Shown in pieces: positions 10,098 to 19,800 of a stretch of DNA of 64,000 nt. The stretch is taken from assembly GCA_046757925.1 (NCBI GenBank), contig JBHHZE010000011.1, positions 4,145 to 68,144 on the forward strand, written 5' to 3'. The notes under the pieces were generated by a model. It had not been told where the DNA came from. It did no database searches and was given only the letters and a program-made list of their open reading frames with translations. Both the position numbers and the translations under genes were made by a program. The stretch is from Gemmatimonadales bacterium. Its GTDB lineage: Bacteria; Gemmatimonadota; Gemmatimonadetes; Gemmatimonadales; GWC2-71-9. How positions within the stretch are numbered: the first letter of the stretch is position 1; each line of letters opens with the position of its first letter.

Positions 10098-12355
10098 CTT
10101 GATGTCGCTGTTTCTACGCTCTCCGGAACGAATTCATGCTCGCAGTCCATGCATCGCCGATACTCACCGCGCACCTTGGTGGAGCGCTTCTCCGCGCCGA
10201 CGTATCCGCATGACGGACATACATCGGGTACCGGTCGATACCAGGTTGAGAAGTCACATTTCGGATACCGTATGCAACCGAAGAACGACCGACCGCGCCG
10301 CGTTCGCCTTTCGGTCAGGTCACCAGAGCGACAGCTAGGGCACTTCACGCCAAGCGGGACCGGGCGCGTGTGTTTGCACTTTGGATACTTCGTGCACGCT
10401 AGAAACTCGCCAAACCTGCCCGTCTTGATCACCATCGCTGAACCGCATTCGGCACACATTTCACCGGTGGGACGGTCAGGTACCTTGTCCTGTTTCAGTG
10501 GCTTCGTATGACGGCACTCGGGATAGTTGGTGCAGGCGATGAACGGCCCAAACCTCCCGCTCTTAACCGAGAGTTTGCCGCCACACTCTGGGCAAGGTTC
10601 TTTCTCCAGATGCTCCACGTCGAAAGCCTCGCGAATCATCGCCTCCGTATCGACATTCTCCAGAGCTTTGGCAAACGGAGCGTAGAAGGCCTCCAAGACC
10701 GCACTCCACTTTATCTCCCCTTCTTCGACCCGGTCGAGCTCGTTTTCCATTGCCGAAGTGAACTCGACGTTGAAGATGTCGGGGAATCGGCTGATCAGCA
10801 CACGGGTGACGGTCTCTCCCAACTCCGTCGTATGGAACCGCTTATTCGTGATCCGAACGTACTCTCGGTCCCGGAGTGTCGAGATGATACTACTGTACGT
10901 GCTGGGCCGCCCAATTCCGAGTGTTTCCAGTTCCTTGACGAGACTGGCTTCACTATAGCGAGGAGGTGGCTCGGTGAAATGCTGCTTCGGAGCAATCTCG
11001 AGCACGACCGCCTCATCACCCTTCTTCAGTGGCGGCAGTGGATCGAGATCCTCGAACGTTTGTCCCTCCTCAACCTCCTTGGCCTCAGCATACACGGCGT
11101 GGAAACCGTCGAAGACGGGTACAGACCCCGTGGCTCGGAACAGATGGCGACCGATCTTGAAGTCGAGCGTCATGGTATCGTAGACCGCCGGCGTCATTTG
11201 CGATGCCACGAACCTGCGCCATACCAAACGATAGAGCTTGAATTGGTCCGCCGTCAGGTGCTTGCGAATCAGTTCCGGAATTCGCGCAACGTCAGTTGGT
11301 CTGATCGCCTCATGGGCTTCCTGCGCACGAGCGGATTTTTTTGTCCTGTAGGCGTTTGGTTTTGCTGGCAGGTATTTCTTGTCGTACTTCCGTGCGATGA
11401 ACGACCGCACTTGATCAATCGCGCTCGAGCCTACACGAACCGAATCGGTTCGCATGTATGTGATCAAACCAACAGCCCCCTCCGCTCCCAACTCTATCCC
11501 TTCATACAGCTGCTGAGCACACGCCATCGTGCGCTTTGCCGAGAATCCCAGTCGCTTGGCCGCCTCCTGTTGCAGTGTACTCGTGATGAACGGCGGTGCC
11601 GGTCTTTTCTTCCGCTGCTTCTTCGCAACGTCCGATACGATGAACTTCTTGTGTTTGACGGCTGCCAGAATCTTCTTCGCCGCCTTTTCAGAACCGATCT
11701 CCGGCTTCTTGTCACCGATCTTGTGGAGCTTGGCGGTAAACTTCTTCTCCAACGCCTGCAGCTCTGCTTCGATCGACCAGTATTCGACGGGCTTGAAGTC
11801 GCGAATTTCACGCTCCCGCTCCACAATCAGCCTGAGAGCGACGGTCTGCACCCGGCCAGCGGAAAGTCCGGCTTTAACCGACTTCCATAGCAGAGGACTC
11901 GCCTTGTAGCCCACCAGACGATCGAGAATTCGACGAGCCTGTTGTGCCTCAACCTTCCGTTCATCTATCTCCGACGGGCGATCCATGGCCGTCGCGACCG
12001 CATCACGGGTGATCTCGTGAAACAGGACACGGTGTATGGATCCACCGTCGTCAAGCTGCTCGGCCACATGCCATGAGATAGCCTCCCCTTCACGGTCTGG
12101 GTCGGTGGCCAGGTAAATGGCAGACGCACTCTTGGCTGAGCGCTTGAGGTCGGCTAGCGTTTTTCCCTTGCCACGGATGGTGACGTATTTCGGCCGGAAT
12201 CCCTTGTCCACCTCGACGCCAAGCTCGCGCTGCGGCAGATCGCGCAAGTGACCGACCGTGGCCTTGACTGCATATCCCTTACCCAGGTACTTGCCAATCG
12301 TCTTAGCCTTGGTCGGTGATTCGACTATCACCAGGGCCTTCTTCTTAGCCGCCAT
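10094..12355 (-). CDS. topA: DNA topoisomerase I
   Basis: TOPRIM start KALVIVESPTKAKTIGKYLG, ATDPDREGEAISWH, and catalytic-Tyr region ITYMRTDS. Four C-terminal Cys4 zinc ribbons (CPECGG..CTNYPEC etc). The start is set at ATG 12355, which is preceded by GGAGA. The track start at 12379 adds 8 aa. Confidence 0.95.
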   Translation of the reverse strand: MAAKKKALVIVESPTKAKTIGKYLGKGYAVKATVGHLRDLPQRELGVEVDKGFRPKYVTIRGKGKTLADLKRSAKSASAIYLATDPDREGEAISWHVAEQLDDGGSIHRVLFHEITRDAVATAMDRPSEIDERKVEAQQARRILDRLVGYKASPLLWKSVKAGLSAGRVQTVALRLIVEREREIRDFKPVEYWSIEAELQALEKKFTAKLHKIGDKKPEIGSEKAAKKILAAVKHKKFIVSDVAKKQRKKRPAPPFITSTLQQEAAKRLGFSAKRTMACAQQLYEGIELGAEGAVGLITYMRTDSVRVGSSAIDQVRSFIARKYDKKYLPAKPNAYRTKKSARAQEAHEAIRPTDVARIPELIRKHLTADQFKLYRLVWRRFVASQMTPAVYDTMTLDFKIGRHLFRATGSVPVFDGFHAVYAEAKEVEEGQTFEDLDPLPPLKKGDEAVVLEIAPKQHFTEPPPRYSEASLVKELETLGIGRPSTYSSIISTLRDREYVRITNKRFHTTELGETVTRVLISRFPDIFNVEFTSAMENELDRVEEGEIKWSAVLEAFYAPFAKALENVDTEAMIREAFDVEHLEKEPCPECGGKLSVKSGRFGPFIACTNYPECRHTKPLKQDKVPDRPTGEMCAECGSAMVIKTGRFGEFLACTKYPKCKHTRPVPLGVKCPSCRSGDLTERRTRRGRSFFGCIRYPKCDFSTWYRPVPDVCPSCGYVGAEKRSTKVRGEYRRCMDCEHEFVPESVETATSR

Positions 12356-12553
12356 CGTTCTCCATTTCATCTGCCACACTTCTGTAACACGGTGCCATCA
12401 ACCAGCTATCAACAACCTGTACAGAAGTGAGCGAAAGGCCTAGTGGGAATCCGTCGTCCGGCCTAGGCCCATCGGATAACCGTATGATTTATAAATGCTT
12501 ACCGGCCACGGACCGCCTCGCCAGGCCACGTGGACGGGGGAGCATATTTATCG

Positions 12554-13066
12554 TTAACCGCGGGTCAGCGCAAGCGCAACCACGGCATCCGCTACCTCGG
12601 CAACACTCTTGAAGTCGGTTGAGATTCGGCACTGACACCGTGAATAGAACGGTTCCCGTTCGGCAAGCAGTCCTCTGAGGCGTGCTAGCAGATCTCCATC
12701 GTTCAGCAACGGCCGCGTGCTGTCACCCTCCAGCCTACCTGCCGAGACCTCAGGACTCGTTTCCAGATACACCGTCAGCGCCCGGCTCTTCAACCCAGCC
12801 AGATTGTTGGGTTGAGCGGCCCAACCACCGCCGGGAACGATGACTGCCGGAGGCTCCTGCAGGGCGCGAAGCGTTTCTTCACGTTCCATCGCACGGAACT
12901 CAGCCTCACCGATGGAAGCAAAGAGCTCACTGATCTTTTGACCGGTTCGCCGCTCAATGATGCTGTCGATGTCGAATAGCCGGCTGGTGAGTTTCCGCGC
13001 TAGGAGTCTACCAACACTCGACTTCCCCGAGCCGGAAGGGCCTACCAGTACCACGTGACACCTCAA
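12554..13066 (-). CDS. aroK: Shikimate kinase
   Basis: 170 aa with Walker A LVGPSGSGKSSVGRLLA, and an AroK-like DxD/ISELF region. Has a 4-nt overlap with the aroC stop. Confidence 0.85.
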   Translation of the reverse strand: MRCHVVLVGPSGSGKSSVGRLLARKLTSRLFDIDSIIERRTGQKISELFASIGEAEFRAMEREETLRALQEPPAVIVPGGGWAAQPNNLAGLKSRALTVYLETSPEVSAGRLEGDSTRPLLNDGDLLARLRGLLAEREPFYSRCQCRISTDFKSVAEVADAVVALALTRG

Positions 13067-14268
13067 TCTTCTTTCGCTCCCAGTTTACTCCAGCGCGCAT
13101 CCAGCGCCTCGAGGTAGCGCTCATAGTTGTCACGCATTTCCACGAGGGAGTCGCCGCCGAATTTCTCAGACATTGCATCAGCCAGCACCAACGCAGCCAT
13201 AGCCTCGGCGATCACTCCCATCGCCGGCACGGCTGTAACGTCCGAGCGCTCTGACTGGGCTTTTGCCTCTCCGCCGGTCTCGATGTTCACGGTATCGAGC
13301 GGCCGCCGCAGCGTAGATATCGGCTTCATTGCCACTCTCAGCACTACCGGCTCACCCGTCGTCATTCCTCCCTCCAACCCACCGGCTCGATTGGTAACTC
13401 TACTTACTCCGCCCCTCGGAATCTCCTGGCTTCGCATGATTTCATCGTGGACCTGAGAACCCCTGGTTCTAGCCGCCTCAAAACCCATACCGATCTCAAC
13501 GCCCTTGACCGCAGGAATGGACATGACCGCACCGGCGAGCCGTCCATCCAGCTTACGATCCCACGATACGTGTGAGCCCAATCCCACGACTGCGCCAGAG
13601 ACCACTATTTCTGCCACACCGCCCAACGTATCCCGCTCCTTCATGGCAAGATCCACTGCCTTCACCATTGCTTCACTGGCATCCGGGTCCAAGCATCTGA
13701 CCGGAGACACATCTGCTGCCTCGTTGAGTGGGTTGGGCAGTGCCGGCGGCACGTTAGCCTTCACCGGTCCCAACTCAATCACATGACTCCCTATCTCGAC
13801 CCCGAACTCCTTCAGCAGCCGTCGGGCTACGGCACCACAAGCGACTCGCGCTGCGGTCTCGCGCGCGCTTGCGCGTTCGAGGATATCACGGGCATCGCTG
13901 CGCGCATACTTCAACACTCCGGCCAGGTCGGCATGTCCCGGCCTGGGCCTGGTCACCCGTCTACGTCGCTTCGCCGATTCGACCTCGTCGGGTTCGGCAG
14001 CCATCACGTCGACCCAGTTGTCCCAATCCCGGTTGCGAATCAGAAGGCCGATCGGAGAGCCGAGCGTCTCCCCCGCTCGAACGCCCGAGATGAACTCGAC
14101 GGCATCGGACTCGATCTTCATTCTCGCTCCTCTTCCGTATCCCGCCATCCGGCGCCGGAGCTGATGGTCGATGTCGTCGGCTATCAATGGCAGGCCGGCA
14201 GGTACCCCCTCGAGGATCGCGACCAGGCCCTTACCATGTGACTCACCCGCGGTTGTGAATCTGATCAT
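13063..14268 (-). CDS. aroC: Chorismate synthase
   Basis: MIRFTTAGESHGKGLVAILEGVPAG, RPGHADL and GRSSARETAARVA-like motifs. About 400 aa. Confidence 0.95.
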   Translation of the reverse strand: MIRFTTAGESHGKGLVAILEGVPAGLPLIADDIDHQLRRRMAGYGRGARMKIESDAVEFISGVRAGETLGSPIGLLIRNRDWDNWVDVMAAEPDEVESAKRRRRVTRPRPGHADLAGVLKYARSDARDILERASARETAARVACGAVARRLLKEFGVEIGSHVIELGPVKANVPPALPNPLNEAADVSPVRCLDPDASEAMVKAVDLAMKERDTLGGVAEIVVSGAVVGLGSHVSWDRKLDGRLAGAVMSIPAVKGVEIGMGFEAARTRGSQVHDEIMRSQEIPRGGVSRVTNRAGGLEGGMTTGEPVVLRVAMKPISTLRRPLDTVNIETGGEAKAQSERSDVTAVPAMGVIAEAMAALVLADAMSEKFGGDSLVEMRDNYERYLEALDARWSKLGAKED

Positions 14269-14333
14269 GATGATAACTCTAGCGCAGGGTGTCAGCCTAC
14301 GCCAACAAAGTCTGTCATTGTGTTCAAACGAAC

Positions 14334-14355
14334 GAGCCCGGTTCAGGCCGGGCTC
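14334..14355 (-). terminator. Candidate intrinsic terminator after the pilMNOPQ-lipoprotein operon
   Basis: GAGCCCGG / CCGGGCTC 8-bp GC-rich stem with a 6-nt loop, about 50 nt after the stop at 14405. On the minus strand it is followed by GTTCGTTTGAAC, a modest T content. Confidence 0.4.
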
Positions 14356-14404
14356 GAGGATTGTCGCTACATGGGGTATGCAGCCCCACTGTTCACCAAC
14401 GCGC

Positions 14405-16861
14405 CTACCGCTGCGACATGCCGAATCCGGATACCGGGAACGTGTTGGTGATGCTCGGCAGCCTAACCGTTACCACACCGTTCGACGTAACACCGATCAA
14501 GATCTGCTCGTTGGTTGGCAGCTTGGCCACGCGCAGTGGCCCGATGATCGGGTCGCGAATCGGAATCGTGGCAACCTTCCCAAAGAAGAAGGTATCGAAC
14601 ACATCGATCTCGGGATCTTCGCTTGCGAGAAACACCAACCGATCATCCGGGTCCAAGCTCCCTCCAAAGGTGCCCGCGGTTCCTCCGACTCCGGCTTCGA
14701 ATGCGTGGTCGAAGTTGAGGTCCATGCCCGGGTTGATGCCGCTCTGTGCAATGAGACCTTTTAGACGCAGAGATTCGTTCAGCACGTAGACCGAATCCGT
14801 CGTGCGGACCATATTGGTCAATCCATTGAAGTTGACCGCGATCCCTGTAACACTCGTTGCCGTGTTGCTGATAAAGTCCCGCACCCGGAAACTCTGCGTA
14901 ACACCGTTGTCCTCCTCGAACGGACCGCTCAGAGAAATCGTATCGTTTGCAACTATGATGCTACCTACACAGGTTCCCGTCGTGAGGCCCGCCTGCGAAT
15001 TGTATCCTACCGCCTGGGCGAACGTCTGACCTCCCACGAGTCCCCCCTCACCGATCAGCGCGTGAGTAAAATCACCCGAGTTACGGACAAAGGTCGTATC
15101 TCGGAACACCAACCTGTCGATGTCGACCATGATCCCGCAGGCCGCGGCCAGAAGGGTATCTGGGTTGGTGCCTGCGCCTCGGTCGGCAATTACTCGGAGC
15201 GTGTCGAACTGCGGCGCGGGCAGTACCTGCGCATGCTCCCACAGGAAGTGCGACGAGGGCGTTGCAGAGGTGAGGTTCTCCCAACGCACCGACCCTCGTA
15301 CCGGCAAGGTTCCCTGGTCCGTCGTAGGCGTGGTTGAATAAACCGCTATGATCTGATCGGCGGCACAGGGACCGACACCCGGTCTACACGTCATCCCCAG
15401 GAACTGCGGCCGGTCGGAGAAATCGTGTCTGGTGAATTTGATTTGAATCACGTTCGTGGCGGCATCCAGCTCGGTCGTAACCTGGTCCACCAAGAAGTTG
15501 GGCAATGAGTGCCGCCGCACTTCCCTTCGCAACCGCAAGTCAACGATTGAGAGATCCGTTTCACCAGAGTTCGCAACTACAACCGTATCTCCGGCAGTGC
15601 CATTCGTTGCATCCTTGGGCCAAAGAGCGATACCCCACGGCCGTGAGCCAACAGGGATGCCGCTGGTAACAAACGACGAATCCACCACTTGGAATATCTC
15701 GAGTCTATTGAGATCCACATTCGTCATATAGATCTCGTTCAGGCTGCGGCTGTAGATGGCGTCGACGATGCGGCCTCCGGCGGGAAGAGGCTTGGTGACA
15801 CCGTTCACAACGATGACGGTATCGATCCGGACCGGACCGCCCACAGTGCCGTCGATCGTGGCGGATCCTGTATTCCCGGCTGCATCGGTGGCAGTCGCAC
15901 TCACGAGCAGGGTTTGGGGGAACACTGTAAAACTGAGATCGAGACCAAACGTCTGGCTCACATCTGTGAGGCCGCTAAATGCTGCCGTGGCACTCTTGAC
16001 GGGTGTACCGTCGAGAAGAGTTGCCGCATAAGTGATTTGCGTGACCCCGCTGGCATCAGTGGCCTGGACCGTAATGGAGTCGGTCACCTCCACTCGCTTG
16101 GCGATCTGGAAATCCACAGTTGGAGCTTGATTATCGGCTCCGATCGACTGGACCGTGACTGTCAGTGGGGTGGCGAGAGCGGTTCTGCCGGTCGAATCGG
16201 TGGCAAAGCCTACGATGTCGAACGTGCCATTTGATGTTCCCGACGGCACCGCAAGCGTATCTACGAAATCGACTGTATCGGGCAGCGGCGAACCGCGAGT
16301 GATAGACACGCTGTCGGTCACCACCCCGGTGACTACATACCCGACCTGAGTTATTCCATCCCGTTGAATTGCGAGGACCTCGACTGGCAACTGCAAGCCC
16401 GGCGAAGCAACGGCGCCAACATTCGGCTTCAGCATCTGGACCGACAGAGCGTCATCGTTCACCAGGAACACCGAATCTTGGGCGGTGGCGGTGAGATCAC
16501 TGCCATCAGTCGCGGTAGCCTGTATCGCGATCATGCCGCCAGCTGTGGAGTTAGCTGGAAGCGCAATACTGATTCCGAGCGCGATCGATGTTACCGCCGA
16601 GGTGAAGATCGTATCTATCTGCGTGCTGAAGCCACCGCTCAGGGTGATGGATATGCTCTTGATGCCAAGGTTATCCGAAGCATTGACCCCGAAAACGACG
16701 CCGCTCGCCAAACTCAGAGTATCGCCCGCTGTCTTATCGATGGCGATCGAAGGGCTAAACTGATCGCTCTCGAATCCCGGTTGGAACTGCTGTTCCCCAC
16801 AACCGATGGCGGCGAGCGTAACTACACCGGCCGTGATTCCGTTTAGTAATCGAGTTCGCAC
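14405..16861 (-). CDS. Large lipoprotein with N-terminal Ig-like repeats and a C-terminal YVTN-type beta-propeller-like region; last gene of the pilMNOPQ operon
   Basis: Signal peptide plus lipobox (VVTLAAIGC). Three Ig-like repeats, each with a D..G(I/V)..(I/V) signature (DNLGIKSISITLSGG; DGITQVGYVVTG; DASGVTQITYAAT). Then YVTN-like blades (IYMTNVDLNRLEIFQVVDSSFVTSGIPVGSRPWGIAL). It starts 25 nt after the pilQ stop. Confidence 0.6.
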   Translation of the reverse strand: MRTRLLNGITAGVVTLAAIGCGEQQFQPGFESDQFSPSIAIDKTAGDTLSLASGVVFGVNASDNLGIKSISITLSGGFSTQIDTIFTSAVTSIALGISIALPANSTAGGMIAIQATATDGSDLTATAQDSVFLVNDDALSVQMLKPNVGAVASPGLQLPVEVLAIQRDGITQVGYVVTGVVTDSVSITRGSPLPDTVDFVDTLAVPSGTSNGTFDIVGFATDSTGRTALATPLTVTVQSIGADNQAPTVDFQIAKRVEVTDSITVQATDASGVTQITYAATLLDGTPVKSATAAFSGLTDVSQTFGLDLSFTVFPQTLLVSATATDAAGNTGSATIDGTVGGPVRIDTVIVVNGVTKPLPAGGRIVDAIYSRSLNEIYMTNVDLNRLEIFQVVDSSFVTSGIPVGSRPWGIALWPKDATNGTAGDTVVVANSGETDLSIVDLRLRREVRRHSLPNFLVDQVTTELDAATNVIQIKFTRHDFSDRPQFLGMTCRPGVGPCAADQIIAVYSTTPTTDQGTLPVRGSVRWENLTSATPSSHFLWEHAQVLPAPQFDTLRVIADRGAGTNPDTLLAAACGIMVDIDRLVFRDTTFVRNSGDFTHALIGEGGLVGGQTFAQAVGYNSQAGLTTGTCVGSIIVANDTISLSGPFEEDNGVTQSFRVRDFISNTATSVTGIAVNFNGLTNMVRTTDSVYVLNESLRLKGLIAQSGINPGMDLNFDHAFEAGVGGTAGTFGGSLDPDDRLVFLASEDPEIDVFDTFFFGKVATIPIRDPIIGPLRVAKLPTNEQILIGVTSNGVVTVRLPSITNTFPVSGFGMSQR

Positions 16862-16886
16862 GGTTTCCCTCTCGTTAGCTCGCGGC

Positions 16887-18701
16887 CTACTGACCAGGCC
16901 GATCCAGCACGTGCGGGGTGACCAGTATCAGCAAATCACGCCGCTGTTCACGCCGAGTTGTGAACCCGAACAAGCCGCCCACAATCGGTAGGTCTACAAG
17001 AAACGGGATACCGCTCTTTGCCACAGTGACCTCCGTCACGGTCAGTCCACCGATGACTGCGGTCTCTCCATCGTCCACAAGAATCTGGCTGCCGGCTTCC
17101 TGGGTCTGGAAGGTAAATCCGACATCAGCAGGTGCGGCACGGACGGCCGAATTCTCCACTGTCACCTGCATCAACACCTGACGGTTATTGGTCACATGTG
17201 GCGTCACCCTGAGCTGCAAACCGGTCGGCACGATCGTGGTCACTGCACGGGGCGTTCCGGTACCCTGTCCGCCGGTCTGCGAACTCGCATCGATCTGTCG
17301 AATCGGAGTCCTCTCACCGACCAGTATGTACGCTTCGGTATTATCTGCGGTCGTTGTGAGAGGTTCGGCCTGGAGATCGGCAAGCTCGACCCGCTGGAGT
17401 GCGTCCACAAACGACGTCAGATTGAAACTCCCGATAGCTGTCGAGAAAATCAGTTGCAGCGCCGGCGAAGGCACCTCTGCGTCTGCGTTAGCGATACCGG
17501 ACAACGCGTTACCGCCCAGGTCCACGACGTTGATGTCCCGATCGAACGTGCCCGTTGCTCGCACGGCATCCGGCACTCCATCCCCATCCGTATCTACGGC
17601 CTCCGAAGTCGAAGGATCGGGACGTGCAACGAGCCTATTGAAGAATTGTTGTGACGTACCCAGGTCGTACTTGATTCCCAAGTCCTCGATGTCCGTTCGA
17701 TCGACAAAAATGAGCTTTGCCTGGATGGAAACCTGCGGTGTTCGTTTGTCGAGTTGGCTCACCAGACTCGTATCGGACGGTATCCGGCTCACGGCGTCGG
17801 TTATGATCAAACTGTTAGTTGTAGTATCAGCTACGATCTTTCCCCGACTCGATACGACTGATGCCATGGCGATCGCCAGTGCGGTAGCCCTTGCATAATT
17901 GACCGGCTTAACGACCGTTACCAGCGGCTCTGTCGAGTCGCGGGCAGCAAGCGACGCGCGACTATCCACTCGGATGATTCCCGGCGGGTCTTCCGTCGCC
18001 GTCAGGCCTTGGGATTCCAGAATGATTCTGAACGCCACGTCCCACGGCTGATTCTTGATGGTGGCGTTGATATAGGCATCGATATCTTGTCCAACTATGA
18101 TCGACTTGCTGCTGAACTCGGCAAATGCGTTGGCTACATCACGAAGGTGTGCTGAGTCATACGTAACCGTCACTCGGGGCTGTTGCGACTGCGGCAGTCC
18201 CGCGTTCGGTGGGGCAAACATCGTCGTGGCTACCGGCGTGGGCTCGGTCGCTTCCACCGGTGGCACGCGATCCGCAAATGACGCGGTCGACCACGCCCCA
18301 AAACTCCGATCCGACCCGAACGTTATCCTGATCGCATCGTCAGAATATTCCAGCTGATAGTCCTTGAGCGACTCCAGCGCCAGGACCACCCTCACAACGT
18401 CCGGTCGGAGTTGCGAGTACCGGACATCCAGGATTCCACCGCGGTTCTTACCATCGTATCGCGTTCCCGGAGCCCTCAACGTTGCAGTCGTGATGTCCAC
18501 AACGAGACGTGCCGGGTTCTCCAGCGTGAAATCCTGAACGCTTACCGTTCCGGTTACGTCTATGATGACCTGTGCGCGCCCAGGGCCCGGTAGAACGCTT
18601 ACCGCGGTCACCTCTCCGGGACCGGCAACCTCGCTCGGCCCCGCAAGGGCTCGGGGCGCGGCCATGGTCGCAACCACGGCAGCGAGAATCAACCGTTTCA
18701 T
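16887..18701 (-). CDS. pilQ: Type IV pilus secretin PilQ
   Basis: Signal peptide, AMIN domain (AQVIIDVTGTVSVQDFTLENPARLVVDI), N0/N1 domains, and a C-terminal secretin domain (GETAVIGGL...IPFLVDLPIVGGLFG...RDLLILVTPHV). Confidence 0.9.
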   Translation of the reverse strand: MKRLILAAVVATMAAPRALAGPSEVAGPGEVTAVSVLPGPGRAQVIIDVTGTVSVQDFTLENPARLVVDITTATLRAPGTRYDGKNRGGILDVRYSQLRPDVVRVVLALESLKDYQLEYSDDAIRITFGSDRSFGAWSTASFADRVPPVEATEPTPVATTMFAPPNAGLPQSQQPRVTVTYDSAHLRDVANAFAEFSSKSIIVGQDIDAYINATIKNQPWDVAFRIILESQGLTATEDPPGIIRVDSRASLAARDSTEPLVTVVKPVNYARATALAIAMASVVSSRGKIVADTTTNSLIITDAVSRIPSDTSLVSQLDKRTPQVSIQAKLIFVDRTDIEDLGIKYDLGTSQQFFNRLVARPDPSTSEAVDTDGDGVPDAVRATGTFDRDINVVDLGGNALSGIANADAEVPSPALQLIFSTAIGSFNLTSFVDALQRVELADLQAEPLTTTADNTEAYILVGERTPIRQIDASSQTGGQGTGTPRAVTTIVPTGLQLRVTPHVTNNRQVLMQVTVENSAVRAAPADVGFTFQTQEAGSQILVDDGETAVIGGLTVTEVTVAKSGIPFLVDLPIVGGLFGFTTRREQRRDLLILVTPHVLDRPGQ

Positions 18702-19180
18702 GGCATTCCCTCCTGCTTGCGCGCTCTTTGGCGCAGCACCACTTGACGTTCAGTTCCAAACTCAGAAACGATCACCACCACCTGACCCGGCTGTATCTCC
18801 GCCACTCTCATTCGACCCAACTCATCACCCACACGCACCGAGTACGCCTGGTTGTTACCGCTGGCGCTCGTATCGCGCAATACTGCCACGCTGGTAGCCG
18901 GATATCTTGGATCGTACGTGATACTCGTCACTCTGAGATCCTCCACCAGCGGACGCACCTCGCCCGATTGTATCAACGATACGAATGGGTTTCTCCCCGA
19001 TCCGCGATAAGAAAACACCTCACGTGACAACTCAGTCTTTCTGGCCTGGACCGTCGCCGTGTCGATAGGTGGCGGTGGCGGTGCAACACGCTCCGATATT
19101 GTCTGCTCCGCGCTACTTCCTCCACAACTCAGCATCAGTCCGCCACAGAAAGAGACCATCAGCGCCGTCTTAGCCGCCAC
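18698..19180 (-). CDS. pilP: PilP-like pilus assembly lipoprotein
   Basis: 160 aa with a probable lipoprotein signal (GGLMLSCGG). Matches the size and C-terminal beta-domain of PilP. Sits between pilO and pilQ with a 4-nt overlap. The call rests largely on position. Confidence 0.6.
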   Translation of the reverse strand: MAAKTALMVSFCGGLMLSCGGSSAEQTISERVAPPPPPIDTATVQARKTELSREVFSYRGSGRNPFVSLIQSGEVRPLVEDLRVTSITYDPRYPATSVAVLRDTSASGNNQAYSVRVGDELGRMRVAEIQPGQVVVIVSEFGTERQVVLRQRARKQEGMP

Positions 19181-19784
19181 CTTGACCTCCCTGGGCAGGC
19201 TGAGATTGTCGCTTCACATAGGTCCTCAGCTGAAAACGTGCTTCTACTGCGGCCCCGGTCGTATCGCCGAGCGTACGCTGATTGACTACACTGGCGAGCG
19301 TGAGTGATACATCGTAGGGCACCATTATTCGTGGCAGACTAGCTATATCAGACATCAGCACACCTATGTCATCGTAGTAGCCGTAAACAGTCCAGCGATA
19401 ACGATGGACGTCGAAGGACACTCCGCTCTCCACCGCGAGTGGATTGAACTCACCGACCTTGACACCGTTTTTCTTTGCTCGGTCCGAGATGTTATCGATG
19501 AGGGTCGCGACCTCGCTCCCACCCGTCGGCACCAGTAGCGACATACGCTGGAGCGTCGCCTCATAGTCTCTCACCTGCTGCCGAATGCTTTCAACCGTAC
19601 CCCTGGCAAGGTCGCTTCTCGCCGAGTCCACTACAGCTTGCAGAGAATCGTTGCGGAGTCGCAGATCCTGCTGTTGTTGGATGCTGTCCGCTCTCCAGTA
19701 CATCCAAAACGCGATACCACCACCTATCGCCGCTACAATGGCTACCCCCAGCAGTTGTTGCCGTTCTTTGGCCGTTATCGCCAT
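19170..19784 (-). CDS. pilO: PilO-like pilus assembly protein
   Basis: Single N-terminal TM (LLGVAIVAAIGGGIAFWMYW), a coiled-coil, then a ferredoxin-like C-terminal region. Positioned between pilN and pilP. Confidence 0.7.
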   Translation of the reverse strand: MAITAKERQQLLGVAIVAAIGGGIAFWMYWRADSIQQQQDLRLRNDSLQAVVDSARSDLARGTVESIRQQVRDYEATLQRMSLLVPTGGSEVATLIDNISDRAKKNGVKVGEFNPLAVESGVSFDVHRYRWTVYGYYDDIGVLMSDIASLPRIMVPYDVSLTLASVVNQRTLGDTTGAAVEARFQLRTYVKRQSQPAQGGQGGG

Positions 19785-19800
19785 ATCTTGGACACCCCCC

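Noticed and set aside
10508-11890. 460-aa plus-strand ORF antisense to topA, and similar long antisense or shadow ORFs (for example 648-1199, 2340-3083, 9264-9998, 17188-17898, 31659-32291)
   Set aside because: Each lies entirely within a strongly supported gene on the other strand or in another frame. Their compositions are Arg/Ser/Pro-rich and low in complexity, and they have no recognisable domains. Stop-poor antisense frames are expected at this GC content.
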